64,000 nucleotides of DNA from Flavobacteriales bacterium (GCA_040377305.1 JBEIPA010000011.1:64001-128000), one strand, 5' to 3'. Shown: positions 20,514 to 30,562, numbered from the stretch's first letter. A program made the numbers and translations. The notes: generated from the letters alone by a model not told the origin.

Positions 20514-21316
20514 TTGACGTGGAGCTCGAATATTTTCAGGTAGAAAATCAACAGCACAAAAACTCCGACCACGATGCGGTACACGCCCCAGATGCGGAAT
20601 CCGTATTTCTTCACCATACCGATGAAGACTTTGATAGCCGCAATCGCGACAATGAACGCAACAACATTTCCGATGGCAAGTGTTACCATTTCATCTCCGG
20701 AAAACATGCCGTTGTCTTTCACGTGCTTGAGCAATTTGTATCCTGTTGCTGCAAGCATGGTTGGTACTGCGAGGAAGAAAGAAAATTCAGCTGCTACATC
20801 GCGCGTGAGTTTCTGCTGCATTCCACCAATGATGGTTGCACCGCTGCGGCTTAATCCCGGAAGTATCACCGCGAGACATTGCCAGAATCCAATCATCAGC
20901 GCTTTCATGTAGGAAATTTCTTTTTCGTCATTCACTACCGGATTGCGAAACCACTTGTCGACGAACAACAAAAGAATTCCACCGCCGATGAGTGAGCACG
21001 CAATGAAAACCGGATTGCCCAATGCAGCATCGATGTGATCGTCGAGTAATTTTCCGATGATGAGCGCAGGTATGACTGCAACGCCGAGTTTCAGATAAAA
21101 TTTAGGATTGCGGAAGTCGATGAATTTTTTCCAGTACACTGCAACTACCGCGAGAATTGCTCCAAGCTGAATAGCAACGGTGAATGTTTTTACAAAGGGC
21201 AGATCAGCAATGCCCAACCCCGACGACACAATGATCATGTGACCAGTCGACGAGATCGGAAGAAACTCAGTGAGTCCTTCGATGATTGCCAGTAAGATTG
21301 CGTGAAATAATTCCAT
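20510..21316 (-). CDS. uppP: undecaprenyl-diphosphate phosphatase
   Basis: EGLTEFLPISSTGH, PGLSRSGATI, AEFSFFLAVP. Confidence 0.97.
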   Translation of the reverse strand: MELFHAILLAIIEGLTEFLPISSTGHMIIVSSGLGIADLPFVKTFTVAIQLGAILAVVAVYWKKFIDFRNPKFYLKLGVAVIPALIIGKLLDDHIDAALGNPVFIACSLIGGGILLLFVDKWFRNPVVNDEKEISYMKALMIGFWQCLAVILPGLSRSGATIIGGMQQKLTRDVAAEFSFFLAVPTMLAATGYKLLKHVKDNGMFSGDEMVTLAIGNVVAFIVAIAAIKVFIGMVKKYGFRIWGVYRIVVGVFVLLIFYLKIFELHVN

Positions 21317-21318
21317 TG

Positions 21319-21410
21319 GTAAAGTAGGAAAGGCATGAAGTAAAAAAAGTAGGCGAGTCGGTACTTTGCCTGACTCGCCTACTTAATTACTTTATCACTT
21401 ATTGACTTTT
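21319..21410. repeat. AGTAGGCGAGTC / GACTCGCCTACT inverted element with short periodic flanks
   Basis: Perfect ~13-bp IR; related element at 38740-38852. Confidence 0.7.
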
Positions 21411-21731
21411 TTATTCAGCTGAAGTAGGAGCCACAACTTCTTTCGGTGATTTCATGATGCCGTAAAGCACCACGCCGAAACCGAGAAGCAGGGTAATTGG
21501 AGCAACTGTAATGCGTTGCGCGCTGAAAATCTCCGGGTTGTACTGCTTTGGATCGTCCGATCCTCCGCCAATCATCAACAGGTATCCGAGCACCAAAAGA
21601 CCAACTCCACCAAGGATGATGTAGTAGTTTTCTTTGCTGAAAGCCAGCGTGTTAGGTGCTGTCTCACGATTAGAATCAGAACCGGTCGTTTTACGTGCTC
21701 CGGCCTTTGGGGCGATGATTTTCTTAGCCAT
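21411..21731 (-). CDS. DUF3098-like small membrane protein
   Basis: F.KENY...LM.GGGS.DP...NPEIFS..RITVAP; canonical position between ftsX and uppP. Confidence 0.88.
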   Translation of the reverse strand: MAKKIIAPKAGARKTTGSDSNRETAPNTLAFSKENYYIILGGVGLLVLGYLLMIGGGSDDPKQYNPEIFSAQRITVAPITLLLGFGVVLYGIMKSPKEVVAPTSAE

Positions 21732-21793
21732 GTCGCGAAGATAAGGTTTTCCGCTTATTTGCCCAGTTAAGAAAAGTGAAGCTATTGTGGTTG

Positions 21794-21976
21794 TCTGCGA
21801 CGCTCACCACGGCGAAACGGGGAAACGGCGCTAAATGTTTATTGTCCGAAACCCAGGCGGAGGTACGGAGAACCATACATCACGTCAGTGAAACCGCCGA
21901 TCCGCCGGTTGGGATTAGATGAATAACACTAAGAAAACGCCGTAACGCCGAGCCGCCGTGGTAAGCGCCGCAGGCA
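21794..21976. repeat. ~185-bp REP/MITE-like element, copy 1
   Basis: 40 bp at 21937-21976 is the exact reverse complement of 52205-52244; the other end (CTGCGAnGCnnACCACGGCGAAACGG) is also shared. Confidence 0.85.
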
Positions 21977-21978
21977 CA

Positions 21979-22851
21979 CTAACTGGTGTATAGTGCCTCT
22001 GTTGACTGACGTAGGAACTTGCGCACTGCGAGAGACGCACTAATCCACGCGATCAGAATTCCGAGCAGAATCTGGATGGCGCACAGAATGCCGAGTGTTT
22101 CCACATCAGCAACGTCAATGAGCTTGAGGTCGCGGAAATTATTGTCGATGAGCAACACAATTCCAACGGTGATGATGATGGCGAAAATAGCACCGAGAAT
22201 TCCGTTGCGGATGCCGCGCCACACAAACGGGCGACGAATAAATCCTTGTGTTGCACCCACGAGATTCATCGTGCGGATGAGGAATCGTTGCGAGTAAATT
22301 GCGAGACGAATGGTGTTGAAGATTAATCCGATGGCAACAACCAGAAGTGCGCCGCTGAAGATGAGAATGACGAGACTGATGGAACTCATGCGTTCATTCA
22401 TCACACCAATCATGTCTTTCTGGTACACGACATCTTTCACGCGTGAATCTTCGCGAAGTTCTTGTTCGATGAGTGCAATGCTGTCGTTGTTCACGTATTC
22501 TGCGTTGAGGTAAATCTCCACCGAAGTCTGCAGCGGATTGTATCCAAGCGTCTTGATGAAATCTTCTCCGAGATCTTCCGTGAGTTTCTTCGCTGCTTCT
22601 TCTTTTGAAACGAGCACAGAGCTGCGTCTCCACGGTTTGCTGTCGATGGTTTTCTTCTGAAATCCTTCCGCGTCTTTCACATCGTCGCCCAAAAACACGG
22701 TGATGTTTACGCTCTCAGAAACGTAGCGTGCAACCTGCTCCGCTTTCAGCAAAAGCACGCTAAGCAAGCCAAGCATTACGAGCACTAGCGTGATGCTGAT
22801 GACGATGGTTACGTTTGATCCGCCCGAACGACGACGAGGAGTGTCTGACAT
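21979..22851 (-). CDS. ftsX: cell division permease FtsX
   Basis: LGYNPL, NTIRLAIYS.RFLI.TM.LVGAT..FIRRPF; start moved to ATG at 22851. Confidence 0.93.
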   Translation of the reverse strand: MSDTPRRRSGGSNVTIVISITLVLVMLGLLSVLLLKAEQVARYVSESVNITVFLGDDVKDAEGFQKKTIDSKPWRRSSVLVSKEEAAKKLTEDLGEDFIKTLGYNPLQTSVEIYLNAEYVNNDSIALIEQELREDSRVKDVVYQKDMIGVMNERMSSISLVILIFSGALLVVAIGLIFNTIRLAIYSQRFLIRTMNLVGATQGFIRRPFVWRGIRNGILGAIFAIIITVGIVLLIDNNFRDLKLIDVADVETLGILCAIQILLGILIAWISASLAVRKFLRQSTEALYTS

Positions 22852-22929
22852 TGGGACGAAATTAGGGAATGAGAGAGGAGGGATGAGGGACGAGGAGTGT
22901 GGGTTATCAAAAGAGTTGTTCACAATTGA

Positions 22930-23089
22930 CCACATAGGATCATAGCCCGTTGTTTTCTTGCGCGGCTCAAGAATTACATAGATCACATGAGTAGAGGAAT
23001 CGCGGGCGATTTCCTCTCTTGTGAAGTATGTCGGCCGGGTTCGCCCGGCTCGCTTAGCAAACAAAGCTCTTTTCTATGATCCTATGTGG
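22930..23089. repeat. nested inverted-repeat element
   Basis: Perfect 16-bp IR CCACATAGGATCATAG at 22930-22945/23074-23089, with an internal hairpin around 22983-23023. Confidence 0.75.
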
Positions 23090-23090
23090 T

Positions 23091-23129
23091 AAAAAAAAAG
23101 CGCGACCTCCATTTCTGAAAGCCGCGCTT
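23091..23129 (-). terminator. intrinsic terminator after the Gly-rich T9SS gene
   Basis: AAGCGCG...CGCGCTT stem followed by a 9-T run on the minus strand. Confidence 0.65.
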
Positions 23130-23144
23130 AAATGTTAAAACGAT

Positions 23145-25214
23145 TTATCTCGTGATCACCAACTTCTGTGTTGTAGCACCAATTCTCACCGTATAAATTC
23201 CTTCTGCAAGAGAAGCAATGTTCAACTCACCGTTGTTTTCAACTTCACGCGAGATGCAAACTTTTCCGTTGAGGTCAATAACCTCTACCGGAACTTTGTC
23301 GCCGCTGTTGTGCTGTATGCGAATGAATGTGCTCGCCGGATTCGGATAAATGAGATTCACATTTCCGTTCGACTCAGCAATGCCCATGCAAAGATCATCG
23401 GTTACACAGAGTGTATCAATCGTAACGCAACCCATGCTATCGGTCATATGAACGTAAAGACATTCAGTAGTGTCAGTTGTAACACAAGGTGCTGTTGAGC
23501 TGTTGCTCCACATATAAGTCATGGCTCCGCTTGCGCAAATTGTAATGGAAGCAGGATCACAAATCGTTGTATCTGCTCCTAAGACTGTAACCTGCGCTGG
23601 TGGCGGTTCAGATATTGTGATGAAATCTACCGCCGTACATCCATTCGCATCTGTGATATTAACCACGCATGGCATGTCGCACAAGGCAACTGCAATCGCA
23701 CTGGTTTCTCCGCTGCACCATGAGAAATTGTACGGACCTGTTCCTCCAACTACTGTAATAGTTCCGGAGCCGTTGCAAGCACCGTTACAGGTTGGATTCG
23801 TTGCAACAAGCGTTGATGTAATTGCAGGCGGCTCAGTAACACAAACCGTTTGAGTAGTCGAACATCCATTAAGATCGGTCACATTCACAGTGTAACATCC
23901 TGCAGATAGGTTTGTCGCAGTTGCGGCATTTCCACCTGTTGGCGACCACGTGTAATTGTATGATGGCACACCGCCTGTTACTGCAACGCTCGCAGAACCA
24001 GTTGCTGCGCCGTTGCATAATACATCAACTGCAGTACCAGTAACAACGATTTGCGTCGGTTCAGTTATTGTCACCGTTGTCGTAGCAGTACAACCGGAGT
24101 TATCCGTAACTGTGTAAGTGTACGTTCCCGCTGTAAGTCCTGTTGCAACCGTAGAGTTTCCACCTGACGGAGACCACGTTTGTGTGTACGGTGCATTTCC
24201 ATTCATGTTCGTTGCTAATGCAGCTCCATCGCTTCCGCCAAAGCAGGAAACGTTTTGTGTAACGACTGCAGCCGTTTGTAATGTGCTCAACGGTGAATGA
24301 TGTCCGACTGCAGGGCTCGTTGTTCCGGATCCCACGAGTGCTCCATTGTAATCCAAACGGATTCGTCCGTCAGAACCTGTTGCACCTGTTCCGTAATATG
24401 GATTTCCGGGTACGTTAGAAGCACCACCAATTCCACCATTCGCAGTAATATTTCCGTTGTTCGTCATTGTAGTTGCAACCAACCAGATCGATCCACCCGA
24501 TCCGCCACCGCCACCGCCGCAGTTACCTGTTCCATCACTTCCGCCGTTACCGCCGTTAGCACTGATTAGACCGCCTGTGCCAATCGTAAATATGTTCGCA
24601 GAAATCATGAGGTAGCCACCGCCACCGCCACCACCGCCGCCACCGCAGCTGTAACCACCCGAGCCGCCACCGCCACCGGAGCCAGCATCGAATGCTGAAA
24701 TTGGTGCAGTTCCATAAGCTGGTCCGCCGAAGCCACCACCCGAATTGCCGCTCGCACCACCGACGTTTGCGTAGCCCGCACCGCCACCACCTGACCATGC
24801 ACCGCCTTGGTTATTTGTTGCACCAGGCCCTGTTCCTGCAATTCCTGCAAGTGGTCCAACTGAACTCGAATAAGTTCCATCTCCACCGTTTCCACCACCA
24901 GCTACACCCATTCCACCAACACCGAATGTTGAGAATGTTACCGCGTCACCACCGTTCGATCCATTCACAAGTAATGCACCGTCGATGGTTGCTGTTCCCG
25001 TGCAATAGATCACGAGCGGAGCTGATCCGGTAACCGTAACCGTTACTCCAGCAGGGATGTTGATTGACGAATAATTGTAAGTTCCACTGGCAAGCGTTGT
25101 TGTTGACACTGGAGAATAGGCTCCATCGACACCTGTGCCGAAGTTGCCGCATTGAGCAATTGCGCTGGTAAAGGCGCACGTTGCTGCGAGAATTGAGAGT
25201 AGAGTTTTTTTCAT
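23145..25214 (-). CDS. T9SS-secreted protein: glycine-rich domain, SprB repeats, CTD
   Basis: Signal peptide ending IAQ; poly-Gly tracts; SprB-type C.G...G.A......GG..PY.Y.W...L.AG.Y.V.VTD.NGC repeats; IYPNP...GIY...KLVITR. Confidence 0.85.
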   Translation of the reverse strand: MKKTLLSILAATCAFTSAIAQCGNFGTGVDGAYSPVSTTTLASGTYNYSSINIPAGVTVTVTGSAPLVIYCTGTATIDGALLVNGSNGGDAVTFSTFGVGGMGVAGGGNGGDGTYSSSVGPLAGIAGTGPGATNNQGGAWSGGGGAGYANVGGASGNSGGGFGGPAYGTAPISAFDAGSGGGGGSGGYSCGGGGGGGGGGYLMISANIFTIGTGGLISANGGNGGSDGTGNCGGGGGGSGGSIWLVATTMTNNGNITANGGIGGASNVPGNPYYGTGATGSDGRIRLDYNGALVGSGTTSPAVGHHSPLSTLQTAAVVTQNVSCFGGSDGAALATNMNGNAPYTQTWSPSGGNSTVATGLTAGTYTYTVTDNSGCTATTTVTITEPTQIVVTGTAVDVLCNGAATGSASVAVTGGVPSYNYTWSPTGGNAATATNLSAGCYTVNVTDLNGCSTTQTVCVTEPPAITSTLVATNPTCNGACNGSGTITVVGGTGPYNFSWCSGETSAIAVALCDMPCVVNITDANGCTAVDFITISEPPPAQVTVLGADTTICDPASITICASGAMTYMWSNSSTAPCVTTDTTECLYVHMTDSMGCVTIDTLCVTDDLCMGIAESNGNVNLIYPNPASTFIRIQHNSGDKVPVEVIDLNGKVCISREVENNGELNIASLAEGIYTVRIGATTQKLVITR

Positions 25215-25339
25215 ATGGAGTGGTTTAGCCTTTTCAAATATAGACAAATACACTACTCTCTCACTTGCATTATATCACAACCAATGAGGTACAAATCCCT
25301 TGAACAACGTAAATTCGCTTCCTCAATCGCACTACCCAA

Positions 25340-28162
25340 ATGGAATATAATTTTCGTGAAATAGAACAACGCTGGCAGGCGGAGTGGAAGAAGAACAAGA
25401 CGTATCGCACGGAAAATTCAAGCGATAAGCCGAAATACTACGTCCTTGACATGTTTCCTTATCCTTCGGGAGCAGGTTTGCACGTTGGTCATCCACTTGG
25501 TTATATCGCATCAGATATTGTTTCCCGCTATAAGCGATTGAAGGGATTCAATGTGCTGCATCCGATGGGTTACGATGCTTTTGGATTGCCAGCTGAACAA
25601 TATGCAATTCAAACAGGTCGTCACCCTGCTGATACCACAAAAGAAAATATTGCACGTTACCGCGAACAACTCGACAAGATTGGATTGTCGTTCGACTGGG
25701 ATCGTGAGGTGCAAACCTGCGATCCGAAATATTACAAGTGGACACAGTGGATTTTCGTGCAGCTTTTCAAGTCGTGGTACAATTGCAAATCACAGCGTGC
25801 AGAATCGATCGACACGCTCATCGCAATATTTGAGAAAGAAGGATTCAAAGGTGAACTGCATCGTGTACTCACTGGCGACATAGAACATGATCTCCCAGCA
25901 TTTACATCGGCGCAGTGGACCAATTTTTCAGAGAAAGAAAAATCAGACATCCTGATGAATTTCCGTCTCGCCTATTTGGGCGAAGCGTGGGTGAACTGGT
26001 GTCCTGCAATGGGAACTGTACTCGCGAATGACGAAGTGAAAGACGGCGTTTCTGAGCGAGGCGGTTATCCCGTTGAACGCAAACGTATGCCGCAGTGGAG
26101 TATGCGAATTACTTCTTACGCTGATCGTTTGCTGAGTGATCTGAACGATATCGAGTGGAGCGATTCAATCAAAGAAGCACAACGGAACTGGATTGGGAAA
26201 TCACAAGGTAGCTCAATCCAGTTCGCAGTGCACAGTGCTCAGTTCGCAGTGGAAGTGTTCACGACAAGACCGGACACGATATTCGGAGTTACGTTTGTGA
26301 CACTTGCGCCTGAGCATGAACTCGTACATCAAATCACAACTGCAGAATATAAATCAGCAGTAGAAGCATACGTGAACGTTGCGAAGAATAAATCGGAGCG
26401 CGAACGTCAGGCGGAGAAGAAAGTTTCCGGGCAATTCACCGGTGCGTATGTTGTACATCCGTTTACGAATGAAAAAATTCCGGTGTACATCGGAGAATAT
26501 GTGCTCGCCGGATACGGAACAGGTGCAGTGATGGCGGTGCCTGCGCATGATTCACGCGATCACGCATTTGCGAAACATTTCAGTCTTCCGATAGTTCAGG
26601 TTGTCAGACTGAGCGGAGTCGAAGGCGACAACACGGATGTGCAAGTAGAATCCTACGACGCGAAAGAAGGCAAATGCATCAACTCCGATTTCCTGAACGG
26701 ACTCGAAGTAAAAGACGCTGTCAAAAAAGCGATCGAAGAAATTGAAAAGCGAGGAATCGGAAAAGGAAAAGTGAATTTCCGTTTGCGTGATGCCGCGTTT
26801 GGTCGTCAGCGTTACTGGGGAGAACCGATTCCGATTTACTATAAAGACGGAGTGCCGTTGACGATGGAAGAAAGTGATCTCCCGTTGGTGTTGCCGGAGA
26901 TTGATAAATTCCTGCCGACAGAAACTGGCGAACCTCCACTTGCGCGTGCGAAGAACTGGTCGTACAATAATCATCCGCTTGAAACCACCACAATGCCAGG
27001 TTGGGCAGGATCGTCGTGGTATTTCCTGCGCTACATGGATCCGAACAACGACAATGATCTTGTCGACCGGGAAATTGCAGACTACTGGGGCAGTGTAGAT
27101 TTATATCTCGGCGGTGCAGAACACGCAACCGGTCACTTGTTGTATGTGCGCTTCTGGACGAAGTTTTTGTACGACATCGGAAAAATTTCCGTGAATGAGC
27201 CGGCAAAGAAGTTGGTGAATCAGGGGATGATACAGGGCATGAGTATGATGGCGAATGTTTTCGTAGATCGCACTGGCGGTGAAGAAAAATATTTGATTCT
27301 TCCACCGGATGAAAAACGCGAAGGATCGTTCCGCAAAAATTATCTCGTGAATCACGTAAGCTTTGTCGATGGCAAATATTGGATCGATGAAGCAGGAGCA
27401 AAGCTAACGCGTGAGAAGGATGCGGTATTCCGAAATTTCTATCTCACTGCAGAGAAAGTGGAATTGACTCCTGAAGTGGAGAAAATGTCGAAGTCGAAAT
27501 ACAACGTTGTTTCTCCTGATGACATTTGCACTGACTACGGCGCAGACACACTTCGTCTCTATGAAATGTTTCTCGGTCCGCTTGAAGCGCATAAGCCGTG
27601 GAGCATGAACGGAATTTCGGGCACGCATAATTTCCTGAGACGTTTCTTCCGTCTGTTTGTGAAGAACGACGCAATTTGTATTTCGGATGAAGCTGCGAAT
27701 GAAAACGAGTTGAAGACACTTCACCGCACGCTGAAGAAAGTTTCGGAAGATATCGAGCGCATGTCGTTCAACACGAGTGTGAGTGCTTTCATGATTGCGG
27801 TGAACGAACTCACCGAACAGAAATGCAACAAGCGTTCAGTTCTTGAACCACTCGTGATTGCGTTGTCGCCTTTTGCGCCGCACATTGCAGAAGAGCTGTG
27901 GAGTCAGCTTGGCAATTCCGGCAGCGTTACACAAGCCACTTTCCCTGCCATCGAAGAAAAATATCTCGTCGACAACACGGTAAATTATCCGGTGCAGTTC
28001 AACGGAAAAATGCGTTTCACCATTTCATTGGCTGCTGATATGTCGAATGCAGATGTGGAGAAGGAAGTTTTATCCTCCGCGGAAGCGCAGAAGTTTCTCG
28101 AAGGGAAAACGCCGAAGAAGGTGATTGTTGTGCCGAAGAAGATAGTGAATGTGGTTCTCTGA
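25340..28162 (+). CDS. leuS: leucine--tRNA ligase
   Basis: MFPYPSGAGLHVGH, FTTRPDT, GTGAVMAVPAHD, RQRYWGEP, KMSKS. Confidence 0.99.
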   Translation: MEYNFREIEQRWQAEWKKNKTYRTENSSDKPKYYVLDMFPYPSGAGLHVGHPLGYIASDIVSRYKRLKGFNVLHPMGYDAFGLPAEQYAIQTGRHPADTTKENIARYREQLDKIGLSFDWDREVQTCDPKYYKWTQWIFVQLFKSWYNCKSQRAESIDTLIAIFEKEGFKGELHRVLTGDIEHDLPAFTSAQWTNFSEKEKSDILMNFRLAYLGEAWVNWCPAMGTVLANDEVKDGVSERGGYPVERKRMPQWSMRITSYADRLLSDLNDIEWSDSIKEAQRNWIGKSQGSSIQFAVHSAQFAVEVFTTRPDTIFGVTFVTLAPEHELVHQITTAEYKSAVEAYVNVAKNKSERERQAEKKVSGQFTGAYVVHPFTNEKIPVYIGEYVLAGYGTGAVMAVPAHDSRDHAFAKHFSLPIVQVVRLSGVEGDNTDVQVESYDAKEGKCINSDFLNGLEVKDAVKKAIEEIEKRGIGKGKVNFRLRDAAFGRQRYWGEPIPIYYKDGVPLTMEESDLPLVLPEIDKFLPTETGEPPLARAKNWSYNNHPLETTTMPGWAGSSWYFLRYMDPNNDNDLVDREIADYWGSVDLYLGGAEHATGHLLYVRFWTKFLYDIGKISVNEPAKKLVNQGMIQGMSMMANVFVDRTGGEEKYLILPPDEKREGSFRKNYLVNHVSFVDGKYWIDEAGAKLTREKDAVFRNFYLTAEKVELTPEVEKMSKSKYNVVSPDDICTDYGADTLRLYEMFLGPLEAHKPWSMNGISGTHNFLRRFFRLFVKNDAICISDEAANENELKTLHRTLKKVSEDIERMSFNTSVSAFMIAVNELTEQKCNKRSVLEPLVIALSPFAPHIAEELWSQLGNSGSVTQATFPAIEEKYLVDNTVNYPVQFNGKMRFTISLAADMSNADVEKEVLSSAEAQKFLEGKTPKKVIVVPKKIVNVVL
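26601..26631 (+). repeat. 31-bp REP inside leuS (in frame, VRLSGVEGD)
   Basis: TTGTCAGACTGAGCGGAGTCGAAGGCGACAA; 29/31 identical to the intergenic copy at 36812-36842. Confidence 0.85.
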
Positions 28163-28316
28163 TCATCCCTCGGTACGCGCAAGATTTTCAGTCAGGTTAC
28201 TCCGTAATTAATTTATCGCTACTCGGTCTGACAAGTATACGGTGCTTGTCAGACCGAGTAGACTCGTACATCTGCGGAGCAGTTCATCATGCTAATATCG
28301 GCGTACCGAGGAATGA
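28163..28316. repeat. nested inverted-repeat element between leuS and the DoxX-like gene
   Basis: Outer IR 28163-28178/28301-28316; inner perfect 17-bp IR 28219-28235/28245-28261 containing TTGTCAGACCGAG; partial sibling at ~50795-50866. Confidence 0.8.
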
Positions 28317-28325
28317 CAACCGAGA

Positions 28326-29570
28326 CTAGTCTTCATCAATCAACGTAAACTCATTTTCCATCAACGGAAGTTCTTCGGTATGCAACCGAACAACATTCAA
28401 TCGTCCATACATGTGATCGAATACTCCGAGAAATTCCAGTGTGTCTCCATTGATTTCTCTCCACGTGAATTTCATGTCATCGTAGCGTATTGTCTTTGAT
28501 GTCGTATCAATGGACATGGGATAATCTACCATTTCTCCACTGTAGTATTCGAAAATCACATAACCCCTTCGATGAATAAATATTCGTGAAGGAAGATTGT
28601 GAGCAGTTGAGATTGTAGTGTCGGGAAATGCGGAATTTACAATTTGCACGTCATACGCCCCACACATCGGCGGCCGTTCACTCACATCATCATTAAACGT
28701 TCCTGTTTCGGTGTACGGATAGTGTGATTCTGCGAGGAGCAATGCAATCGCCGCAACTTTTAGAACCGGAGAAATCCACTTCTTACTTGGAGCAATCACC
28801 ATCGCAGGATACTTCCATTCTTCGGTCGCTTTTCCTGTGAACAACGCCACAATTCTTTTTCTTCCCGGAATCAAAATCACCAGCGACATGATCAGCAGCA
28901 TCATCGAATGTAATTTCACCGTGATGTCGAATCCGAAATTCACGGCAACAACATTTGTCATGACAAGCACCGTGATGAATGCTCCGATCAACGTCGTTCT
29001 CCGGAAGAGCAAAAGGATTGCCGGAACAATTTCAATGAGGCCCATGAACATGGAGTAGGAGCGCGACGTTCCCATGCTTGTCCAATAGAGTATATCGCGG
29101 TGCATTTCACCAACGCGTGTGTAGAGAATATTCGGCTCAGGCAACATGAATTGCCATTTGTACAGCTTGGAGAATCCGTACACAAATAAATTCAGCGCAA
29201 CGAAATACCGCAATAATGTTAAAGTGATGGGGTGAAATTTTGTCAGACTGAGCGGATCCCGATAGCTATCGGGAGAAGGCGACAAAATCGTCCACACACT
29301 TGCGGTGATCATCGCAATCATCGCCAGATTAAAAACGTGAACGCAAACGAGCAGTGAATCAGAATAGAATTTATCGGCTCCCAATAAATTCACACCGAAG
29401 AACAACATGCCGGTTTGTTCCGCGAGCCATTTGAAAGGAACCGTGACTACATCGAACCAGAATTCGATCAGGTAGTAGTCGAATGTCAGGGTAAATACGT
29501 ACAGGAAAAAAAAGACTGAGGCGAATCGCCAGAGCCATGATTTGAGTTTTTCCTGTGGAATTGAGGGCAT
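28326..29570 (-). CDS. DoxX-like polytopic membrane protein with C-terminal soluble domain
   Basis: About 8 TM; YGFSKL...QF, W.SMG.S..YS.F.G.IE, LLLFRRT..IGA, NV..VNF.FDI.VKL motifs typical of Bacteroidota DoxX-like proteins. Confidence 0.75.
   Translation of the reverse strand: MPSIPQEKLKSWLWRFASVFFFLYVFTLTFDYYLIEFWFDVVTVPFKWLAEQTGMLFFGVNLLGADKFYSDSLLVCVHVFNLAMIAMITASVWTILSPSPDSYRDPLSLTKFHPITLTLLRYFVALNLFVYGFSKLYKWQFMLPEPNILYTRVGEMHRDILYWTSMGTSRSYSMFMGLIEIVPAILLLFRRTTLIGAFITVLVMTNVVAVNFGFDITVKLHSMMLLIMSLVILIPGRKRIVALFTGKATEEWKYPAMVIAPSKKWISPVLKVAAIALLLAESHYPYTETGTFNDDVSERPPMCGAYDVQIVNSAFPDTTISTAHNLPSRIFIHRRGYVIFEYYSGEMVDYPMSIDTTSKTIRYDDMKFTWREINGDTLEFLGVFDHMYGRLNVVRLHTEELPLMENEFTLIDED
29240..29285. 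repeat. REP with nested 18-bp palindrome inside the DoxX-like gene
   Basis: TTGTCAGACTGAGCGGA-TCCCGATAGCTATCGGGA-GAAGGCGACAA; translated as LSPSPDSYRDPLSLT. Confidence 0.85.
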
Positions 29571-29580
29571 AATTGCGTCT

Positions 29581-29641
29581 TGTACAAAGAACCGACAAAA
29601 AAGTTCATTTCTGGTGAACCTTCACTTTTATTGGGTGTACA
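29581..29641. promoter_or_regulatory. back-to-back ECF-type promoters TGAACY-N15-TGTACA
   Basis: Minus strand: TGAACT 29602-29607, TGTACA 29581-29586. Plus strand: TGAACC 29615-29620, TGTACA 29636-29641. Confidence 0.7.
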
Positions 29642-29661
29642 GGGATCAAACGCGACTATTT

Positions 29662-29913
29662 ATGAGCCGTATTCTTATGCTAGCAGCTTTCGTTTTTCTG
29701 TCTTTGAATTCTGATGCGCAGAGTGACAACTATGGCGGCGTTGGTGGACCCTATACACCGATGAAGTATGTCGTGCATATTGATTCAGTTAGTAAGACCG
29801 AGGATGATTCGGTTTTGCCGGCTGATGACTCAACTGATTCTCAACACCCGAAATTGCAGACCACAGAACTTAACGCATACGGTAAAACACTTTCAAGCCT
29901 CACAGAAAAATGA
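29662..29913 (+). CDS. small secreted protein, paralog 1 (lacks the His motif)
   Basis: 83 aa; signal peptide ending DAQ; DNYGG.GGPY.P; C-terminal LNAYGK. Confidence 0.7.
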   Translation: MSRILMLAAFVFLSLNSDAQSDNYGGVGGPYTPMKYVVHIDSVSKTEDDSVLPADDSTDSQHPKLQTTELNAYGKTLSSLTEK

Positions 29914-30242
29914 AAACATTATTCACGATTATCTTGCTGACTGCAGTATTCGCACTGAATGCTCAAACCCGCCGCATCGCTCACCGTTTTCACAGCGGAA
30001 CGAACATTGAACGTTACGATGGTCAGGATGGAAATTATGGCGCGCCGTATATTCCGTATAAGAGGATCACGGTAACCGACACGTTGCGCGAGACGCATGG
30101 AAAAGATACGGTCATGCGTTTGCGGGACACAACGTATTATATTCTGGATACTACTAACTTGCACCAGAGCCGTGTCGACAGCAACCTGAACGATGTTCGC
30201 GAATACGGCAAGATTTGTTCACGCTACACGGATTCAAAATGA
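29910..30242 (+). CDS. small secreted protein, paralog 2 (IAHRFHSG motif)
   Basis: Signal peptide, then QTRRIAHRFHSG..RYDGQDGNYG; ATGA overlap with the previous gene. Confidence 0.8.
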   Translation: MKTLFTIILLTAVFALNAQTRRIAHRFHSGTNIERYDGQDGNYGAPYIPYKRITVTDTLRETHGKDTVMRLRDTTYYILDTTNLHQSRVDSNLNDVREYGKICSRYTDSK

Positions 30243-30562
30243 AGTTGAGTATTACCATTCTTTTCCTCGTTGTTGCAGTTGCAGTTCACGCGCAGACACG
30301 ACGTATTGCACATCGTTTTCACAGCGGTGCAGATCATGTACGTTATGATGGGAACGATGGAAATTACGGTGACCCCGGGCCATCGATGATTCTGATTCAC
30401 CTTGAGTCTGGCCGCGATACTGCAGTCTGGCCCTGGGATTCACTTGCAGCGCCGATGTATCTTGATACAACTCCGCGTGCCATGATTCATCCGCGCATGG
30501 GTCGACAAGAAGACATTCGCAACATGGGTAGTGTTACACATCGTCTTATCACAAAATCATGA
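30239..30562 (+). CDS. small secreted protein, paralog 3 (IAHRFHSG motif)
   Basis: QTRRIAHRFHSG..RYDGNDGNYG...HLESGRDT.VWPWDS; start moved to 30239 (ATGA overlap). Confidence 0.8.
   Translation: MKLSITILFLVVAVAVHAQTRRIAHRFHSGADHVRYDGNDGNYGDPGPSMILIHLESGRDTAVWPWDSLAAPMYLDTTPRAMIHPRMGRQEDIRNMGSVTHRLITKS

Noticed and set aside
22852-23064. Long N-terminal extension of FtsX in the ORF track (likewise Gmk 57273-57407, RlmN, SRPBCC)
   Set aside because: For FtsX and Gmk the extensions translate palindromic intergenic DNA. Family N-termini, and -7 boxes for FtsX, Gmk and RlmN, point to the shorter starts.
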